From: Treponema sp.
GTDB lineage: Bacteria; Spirochaetota; Spirochaetia; Treponematales; Treponemataceae
Direction of reading: 5' to 3'
DNA: 64,000 bases
NCBI GenBank assembly: GCA_045643225.1
Contig: JAZUKJ010000119.1
Span: 31,927-95,926 of the forward strand
This document shows positions 19,103 through 28,400 of this stretch, in pieces (positions within the stretch are counted from its first letter, which is position 1; each line of letters starts with the position of its first letter). The notes beneath the pieces are model-generated. The model did not search any database. It was not told the origin of the DNA and saw nothing but the letters and a program-made list of their open reading frames with translations. Position numbers and translations under genes: made by a program.

Positions 19103-19403
19103 TTTATAAATTTTATATTAAATTCCAATAAGTTTGCTATTGGTGGTGTTGAAATTTGACTTTCCTGCCGATATGGACACCGAGAAATTGTAACTAAAAA
19201 AGTTTTAAATAATTTATGGAATTTGATAAAGAATTCAAAAATTTTGTTTCAAATTTTTTAAATTACGGGTTATATTATATGGGAAGTAATCTCCAAAATC
19301 TCTTTTTTTGTTGGAGATTTTCGCATTTAATGAATGTTTTCGGCAGGTTCCGAAGCTTAAAGTTCGGGACGGTTTTGTTTATAGATATCTGAGAGGTATT
19401 TTT

Positions 19404-22400
19404 ATGGAAATGTTAAATGTAAAACTTTATCTCAAAAAATTCATATGGGCGGTTCCAGTTTCCCTTGTGCTTATTTTTTCAGGGTGCGAAATTGGTCTTG
19501 GTGCGGCCGTAGATATAGAAGCGCCTACGGTTGAGGTCATAAGCCCAAGGACAAATTCCTCCGTGGGTTCTACTTTTTACATTTCTGGAGCCTGCTTGGA
19601 TGACGCTGACGTTAAGACCGTCATAATCAAGCGGATTTACAAGAAAAACTTTGACAGCAATGGTGACTATCTGGATACCAGGGAATGGCCAACAATAGAA
19701 GAGCAGGCCACTGGAAAGACCCTGGGAAGCGTTACCCCTTATTTTGACAATCCAAGCAGATCCTGGCGTTGGGATTTCCCTCTTAACTATCTGGGAAATG
19801 GAAAATATTCCTGCAATGGATATGAACTTGATGGCATAAGTGATGGAAACTATATTGTGGAAGCAATCTCCATTGATGGTGGCGGACGTCCATCCACACC
19901 GGCTTCCCGTTCGTTCGATATTGACAATACCTCTCCAGTTTTCTTTGTTTCATCTCCAACTGAATTTGAGTCCTCCGTTGGATGCACCGACTACGGTCGT
20001 TCCGTTTCAATCCGCGGTGTCATTGCTGATACCCATGCCGTTGATGTCCTCCGTGTAAAAGCTTACGACAGCAACGACAGGTCTGAAATTTATCTTCCTA
20101 AGAATACTTTCACTGATTTTGATAAAGCCAACACATATGTTGTTCTCGCTGCCTATTCCACTGATTATGCGGAAGGAAGGACCGTATCCGACGAGGTACG
20201 TCAGCTGCATAACAACTACATGGCCTTGTTCGGGCAGGCCGGAAAGGTGACTTTTGATGTTGCCCTTGACCAGGTTAGCCGGCGCAAAATCGATTTGTAC
20301 ATCGAAGTGGAGGACAAGGCTGGAAATAAATCCACTGCCATTTATGGTGAGACTCCGCTTTCAAAGATTGTACGCGAGCAGATAAATGTCCAGGACCTTA
20401 GCTTTGAGGCCACCGACTGTATGAAAATAATGAACGGCACCTATTCCGGCGCCTTGAATACAGCGAAGATGGAAATCGTGAAGGATATCCTCACAGGCAA
20501 AAGGGATGGTGTTAACAAAAATGACTACATGGTTTACAAGGACGACCAGGGACATAACTATTTCTCGATTGCCGTATGTCCAAACAGTGCACCTAGCTAC
20601 AGACTTGAAGGATATGAGGTAGAGAACCTGGGTACGGAGGATGTAAAATATAATTCCGTATCAAAAGATGGTACCCTTTCCATTATGGTCAAGGCTGGAC
20701 GCGACGGTACAGCTATAGATCCTAAGGAACCAAACAAGTTGTCTCTAAAGATTTTTGACGTTGTTAATGGAGTGGTCGAGGCTGTCCCTTCATTTGTGAT
20801 TGACAGCGACCATAACAGGGACTGCTTGACATACGCGGTGGATGCAACCGTGAAGTCTATTTTTGATCTGGATGACGGATTTACAGAAAAGAACCTTTCC
20901 CTTAACATGAACAAGGTGTTCACCGCATTGGGCACCGAACATGCATATAAGGGCAACTCTAAGCACATACTGGTTGTGGAAGGCGAAGACAAGAATGGAA
21001 CAAAGCTGGTAAGCGATAAGATTTATGGATTCGCAATCCTTAGCAATGCCCGTTCCGCTATTGTTGATTCATTGGACAACTATTCCGTAAAACGCTGGAA
21101 TGAAGTCGGTAACGGATATTCCTTCCCTGTAACTATTGTCGATGCGGAAAAGAAAATCTCCGAGGAAAATACTGCCCTCACTTACAAGGTGGAATATTTT
21201 GAAGGCCATTATGTGACAGATTCCGCGATCGATGAATCCAAAATCATGTCCAGCTACACAAAGAGCGGATTCTTTGCCGGTAGCCAGCTGATCAGGGATG
21301 CCGGTTCGGAAACTTTGTTCTCCCAGGCAATCCCTCTTACAGCTTCCATTGCTTCTGTGCCTTTGCAGGGAAAGAACGTTACAATCCGTATTGCCGTTAC
21401 GGCCCACAATGGACAGGCTGACGGTGAAAAGACTGTGTTCCTTATCTATACGGACGGTGTTAAGCCAAACCTGACTGTGGCTGACAATCTTGAGATTGCA
21501 ACCACAAAGAAAGTAACTCTTGACAGCATCAACTATACAAAGAAGGATGGCGTAAATAATTATGAAATTGGAGGAACCGTTTCCGATGTGGATGGAAGCG
21601 GAATCGATTCCATAAAGTATAGTTTTGACAACGGTGCTACATGGGTAGACATGACCGCCATTCCAAAAATTTCTGCTGAATCTAACTGGACCCAAAAGCT
21701 TGCCGTAACTGAAGGCAGTGGCAAGAGCATTTGGTTGAAGGCATTGGACAAGGCTGGAAACGAATCTGATGTCCTGAAATATGAAAATATTACATTCGAC
21801 CTTTCCAAACCAACAGTCCTTTGCACATCTCCTGCATCCATAGCGGAATACTATCAGGATGTTCCGGCCATTGTCTTTACGGCGAAAGATGGAAACAAGG
21901 TTTCAGATATTAAAGTCAAAGCTACCCTTAATGGAAATCCTGCTAGTGTTACCGTAACTCCGTATGGATATAGAACCCCTGAGGCAACCGCAACTGTTAC
22001 CGTTCCTGCCACGGACGGTAAATGGGAATTGACAGTTTCCGCCGAAGATGAACTTGGTCAGAAATCCGAAAACATAAAGGTAGGCTTCACAAGGGATAAG
22101 ACCGCTCCTGTATTCAAGGGGGATTTTAAGATCACTCCGGATAAGGTGGGGGATTACTATACAACTTCCATGCTCAAGATTGACGGAGAATGTATTGATA
22201 CAACCGAACTGAAGGAAGTGGAATACTGGATTACCTCCGGCGGTGTTGATTCTGAACACAAAAAGGATCCTGCCACGGATCACAAATTCTCAATAACTCC
22301 AACAGACTTTGTCTCTGCGAACGGCGGTGTCAATGTTCTCCATGTTGTGCTCACTGATTTGGCCGGAAACTCCAGTGCCGAAAAGACAACCACAATTAAG

Positions 22401-25400
22401 ATTGATACCGGAAAACCGAACCTTTCTAAAGCATATTTTGATGACCAGAGGGACAAGGTTGACCTTGGTGCTGTACCTGCAAAGGTATTCTTTGGTGACA
22501 AAAAGGCTGTCAACATGAGCCTCTACGGTCTTGTATCTGATGACGGTGGAATTGCATCAATGACTTTCGCCATCGCAGGAACAGAGGTTTCTCCATCCCT
22601 GACATATACAACAAAGTTGCTGAACGAGGATAGCTCTGAAACGGATTACACGACTGCCTCATGGGTTTCCTATGGAAGCATCGGTGATAAATCCCAGATA
22701 AAGGCATGGAAGGCTGATTTTACCCAGGCAGTCGTAAATGCTGCATCCCCTGCAGGCGGAACCCTTGCCATTAGCGCAACCGATAAGGCCGGACTTGTAA
22801 CGACATTGACAAATGTTCTTTCATTTACAAAGGATTCGACAGCACCTGTCATTGAAGTAAAGGACCTGGTTGACGGAAAACTTATCAAAGAGGACAACCT
22901 GGTTGCGGACAACCTTGTGGTTCATGGAACCTGGAGCGACATTGGTGGATCAGGAACCGCTGTCCTTGAATGTAAAGTAAATGGAAGCCTCCTTGACAGG
23001 ACCTTGATTGACGCTCCATCTTCAACAACCGCAGTTGCCTGGACAGTTGAGATTCCAAAATCAAGGATACCTGCCGGCGACGGAAAGAGCATCGTATTTA
23101 CAGCAAGGGACTCTGTAGGAAATGAAACCGTAAGGACCATCAGCGACCTGGTCTTTGACTACAAGTTGCCGGAGGTTGTTCCAGTCGTTCTGGATGAATA
23201 CTATCCATATTCACCAACAAACCTTGAAATCATTTTCCAGGGTACAGATGACAGGGGAGTGCCAACCGTTGAATTTGATTCCGCAACATTGGACGGAACA
23301 CCGGTTATACCTGAGAATATAAAGGTCAATGACGGAAAGAATTTAAAGATAACATTGCCTCGCGATGGTCTTACACAGAACGGAAAATGGGTTATCACTG
23401 TCCATGCGAGGGACCTTGCTGGACGCGATGGTAACGCATATACAATTTCAACTACCGTGGACGGCAAAAAACCAGGAGCCCCAACAGATTTCTATGTTGC
23501 TGGAACCGCCTATGATGCTGCAAGGCCTGCATGGAACAGGTCAAACCTTGTTCAGATTAAGGCCACCACGACTGATGTAGGCGCCGGAATACGTAAGGTA
23601 TATTATAAGATTCTGGACTCAACTGCGGTCGCGCCAACTGATCTGGTCAGCACAAGCGATGGCAGTGTGGCTGCATCATCCGGTAAGGAATTTAACCTTA
23701 CAGTAAGCGGCCTTTCAGAAAATGTTGGAACAAGGGCCTCCAAGGTCTACCTGCAGTCCGAAGATATGGCCGGAAACAGAAGCGATGTTACTTCCATTAC
23801 TCTGAACATTGACCAGACTAATCCTGAGGCTTCCGCTTCATATTATACATTTGATACAGGCGCGTCTCCTGTTTTGAAACCGGTATCCGGATTGATCAGG
23901 ATAAATGGTACAAACAGCATAACCGTCTATGGAAAACTGGTGGAGGCTGGTTCCGGCGTAAAGGAACTCAAGTTCATGTTCAATGGAACAGAGAAAAGGC
24001 CTGACGCCCTTGGCTATTCTGTCTCAGATATAACGAACCCTGCTTCCCTGCCAGTGTTTACGGACTCAAAGGAAAATGCAAAGTCCTTTATGGCTACCTT
24101 CGACAACTCAAAGGTGCTTGAGGGAGTGTTCTCAGTTAAGGTAACCGACAATGCCGGAAACTATGTACAGCAGAACCTGTTCTCGATTGCAAAGGATGAG
24201 GTTGCACCTTCACTGTCCCTTAGAAGTCCAGCGACGTTAATCCGTACAGGAACAGATGCTCTGGCTCCTGCGACAGTGACAAGCGTTAACGGACGTATAA
24301 ATATTACTGGAACTGCAACGGATGATGATCTTGATTATGTAAAGCTCTCCTATAGCATCGACGGTACTGGTTATAATGAAATAGATACAAAGACAGGTTC
24401 CGATGCGTACAACTGGAGCTTCGATGTTGACTCAACAAAGAAGAGCGGTTCCGCAATTAAGTTTATGGACGACACAACCTATGCTGGAGTTGCAAAGACT
24501 TTGTACATCAAGCTGGAGTCAAAGGACACAGCAGGCAACGAGACTGTAAATGTCTACGAATATCTTGCTGACCCGAATACTGACCGCCCTGTAATCAACT
24601 TCACCAACGTGGACCTTAAGTCTGGATCCGACGCCATGTCAGATTCTACCTCCGTTTGGGTAAAGAGCGACACTATCTTTGGAACCATCAGCGATGACGA
24701 CGGTATTTCTTCGTTCCAGTACAAGATTGGATCCGGCACATACCAGAACGTTCCTGTGAACAACGGTTCCTGGACAATCAGGCTGGGCGATGATGGTGAA
24801 ACCAAGATCAGCTTCAAGGTGGTTGACAGCCAGGGAACAGAGTTTACTTCAGAAAACAGTCAGTGGTTGACTCCAAAGTTCCAGAACAGCACGGATACTA
24901 TCGACAACTACGCTTATTTGAACCTCAAGAAAGATACAAAGGCTCCTGAAGTTGGGTCAGTTGAGTACAGCGTAAAGCATTTGACAGACTGGTCCGAATA
25001 CGGACAGGATTATATTAAGGGCCACTTCGGTGGTACCTATTCGGATATCAAATTCCGCTTCAGCCTTTACGATAGCAACGGAATTGATTCCGTGAAGATT
25101 GAATTTGACGGTATCTCGCCGGCAGTGGATGAAACTATGGACCCTGCGAACGGTGTCTACACAAGCGATGCTATTCCTCTTACATCTATTGTGACCGGTA
25201 ACGTGACCGCAAATATCACTGTAACCGATAAGGCCGGCGGTACAACCAAAAAGTCCGTAAGCTTCTATGTTGACAACACGGCTCCTACAATCGACCTGAC
25301 GGTTCCTACATCTCTTGTAAAATCCGCCGCAACCCTTTACGGAAGCGTAAACGAACTTGGCGGAAAGGTCTACTTTGCAATCACAAAGTACGGAGCCGAT

Positions 25401-28400
25401 GCACCTGAGACCACTGTTATTGCCAGGGGTAGTGAAAATGCTGCAAAAAGGTGGAAGCTGATTGATGACGCATCCCTTTCATGGACTGTATTCTTCGACG
25501 ATGTTGAAGGAGCCAGCACCGGATGCCACACTGACATGTTCAAGTGGTACCTGACCGAGGATATGGGAGTTGGAGTTGATCCACAGCTCAACGGAACAAG
25601 ATGTACTGTCAACAACATCAACAACCGTACCTACACAGACGATACCGATGTCTCGTTCCATGTCATGGCTGTAGACCAGTGTGGAAACTTCTCTGTCGAG
25701 ACAAGAAAGATTTCCGTAAACCCACAGGGAGACAAACCTTCCGTGGTTATCTCAAAGCCTGACACAGGCGCTAAACTTGGAGGTTCCATTGTAATTATGG
25801 GAACAGCCGAGGACAATATTGAGGCAAAATATGTTGGTCTCATGATTGATGTAAACGGTGACGGAAGATGGAACTACCAGGATATCGCAAAACTCAAGGA
25901 AGACAACTCCGAATATAGATTTGGAAAGATTGTTGTCGGCGAATCCTTTGACAATGCGACACCTGTTTCAGGCAGGGCTGACGACTATTATAAAGACTAC
26001 GCACTTAAGCTGGATGTAAAGGGCGGCGGCTGGGACGTTACCGTTAACTCCGATGGAAAATTGAATCCGGAGGATGGTTCCGATGGTGAGGTCACGGTTT
26101 GGGCCTTCGCTGTTGATAACGACATGAACACCAGCAGTGTCATCAGTTTTGCATCTGATTCTCCTATGGAAAAGAGGGTATTCAATATTGATAAATACTC
26201 TCCAAAGATTGGAAACATTTATTTGACAAATGGATCCGGAGCCAGTGTGGCATATACCGACGGAATGGCTGTAAAGGGTGAATGGATCTATGAAGCCGAC
26301 ATATTTGATGACACAGGTATCTCCGATATCAGTGTCGGTTCAACAGATTATGTAAAGGACGGTACAATCCTTGAAGCCTCAAAGGTCGAGGTCCTTCCAC
26401 CTAGCTTCGGGGATAAGGGATACCACATCAAGGTCCCTGTAGGAAATGGAACCGACGGATACATTGGTACGGACCTGAAGGTCATTAGTTTTAAAGAAAT
26501 CAAGAATGTAGCTCCATTGGAAGGAACTGCTACAATTAACCTTAAGATTGATAACAAGAAACCTGTAATCGCCCACCGTGGTGATGGTGCAAGTCCTGCT
26601 GCCGGATACAACATTAAGCATTACGGACTTGACGGAAGGGTAGTAAACGTCAACGGATACTACACATTCGGTTCCTATGCAAATGAAGACTCCAATGAAA
26701 CTGCCGGTGTGGTTACAAACCAGACAGGTGTAAAGCGTGTTGCCTTCTACTTCACAAGGGACATTCCATCTGAATCAATTAGCAAGCTTTACGACGTCAT
26801 GATCAAGAATGGCGAAACAGGTAATGCAATCGATTCCTACGCCTCAAACCTTACACATGAAGATGGACTCTACTGGAAGACAAAGACAGTTTCCAGTGTT
26901 TCCGGAGTTCAGCTGACTATTGATTCCGCTGACCAGAACATCCATGCAGGTGGACTGGTAAAGGTCAACGGAATGATTTATAGAATAAAGGGTGTATCCG
27001 GTACATCAGTAACTTTGGATGCCTCTTCAATTTCTGTAGAAAATGGTGACACAGCTCTCTTCGCTCTTGCAAATGTTGTTGACAACACAACACAGGAAGG
27101 GGATGGCAGCGGCGCCAAGTGTGAAGAAAAATATCCTTACGGATACTGGAAGAACGGTAGATATGATGACGGCGACTTCATGATTGAAAGCTTTGTAAAG
27201 CAGGGCTCAAGATGGTCATGGGAAGCCAGCGTCAATACAAAGAACATTGGTGATGGAAGCGCAAAGCTCAACTACGTAGTGTTCGATGATGCCGGAAACT
27301 ATGATACAGAGTCCGTGGATATCTTTGTCGGAAACAATCAGCCTCGTGTTGCGGGACTGGTATTTGAAACAGACGACGACGACAACGGAGTATATTCAGA
27401 GATTGAAACTTTCCGTGCCTATGAAAACTACTATAGAAACGGAATTGATGGTATAAATGAAGTCACCAAGGCGGTGTTCCCGGTTGGAAGTACCGCTGGT
27501 TCTCCAAAGGCTCTTGCCAAGGTCCACAACAAGATACGTCTCCAGCCGGAGATTGTTGGTGGAAACAATAGTCTTAGCTATAGCGCGGCCGTTGGAGCTT
27601 CAGCCCTTGGTTCAGGTGCATTCAAGGATATTTCTGGAAATGCTCTTGCCGGAAGCGATTCTGGAGTAACCGGAGCCGTTGAATTTACGGTAGCAAAGAT
27701 GGTTAGCGCTTCAGTCGCGGATGGAATCAAGGCGCTTTCTCTGAAGATTACGGACCAGACCCCTGGTGAACCGATGTCCGCTGACATTGATGTATGGCTT
27801 GATTTTGCCCTCAATGACACTGGCGCACCTGTCGCCAAAATCCGCCCGCTTTACTGGAACGGAAAGGACGACAACAGTCTCTACCTTAATTCCAGGGAAA
27901 ATGGACACATAGAAGTTTCCTCTGATTTGTACTTCACTGGTACCACATTCACCGCTGCCAGCGGCCTTATGGACAAGGATCCTAAGGTTTCTGGAAAGAT
28001 TCGCCTTGAAGGTGTAATCAAGGATGACGGACAGATTAAGAGCGTCGCGCTTGCTTTGAACGGAACTGACAGAACCGTTGCCAATTACAGTAATGGACAA
28101 TGGAATATAGTTTCAACTTACGCAATGACAGGAACAGACATCCCTGCCAGCGGAGTTGGATTCGAAATTACAAAGGCCACCTACAACGACATGATTGCCT
28201 GTGGACACATCATAGAAGATGATGTTCCTGTCGCTCTGGAACTTGATGATGATGTTGAATACTTTACACAGGAATATGGCCATGTAATCAAGTGGACAGC
28301 CAACATTGACACAGAAAAACTTGTGGCTAACCTGGCTCAGACTGACTATGTAATAAAAGTAAAGGCCACTGACCGTGGAAACCCGAACTCAACCGGAGCC

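Noticed and set aside
19308-19403. Longer TTG start for giant gene 1 (ORF track)
   Set aside because: The SD and a signal peptide of the same length as gene 2 (Cys28) support ATG 19404
26575-26583. RGD tripeptides (HRGDG in giant 1, DRGDP in giant 2)
   Set aside because: They are at non-equivalent positions (the other paralogue has HGDEG and DRGNP); about one per 3,600 aa is expected by chance
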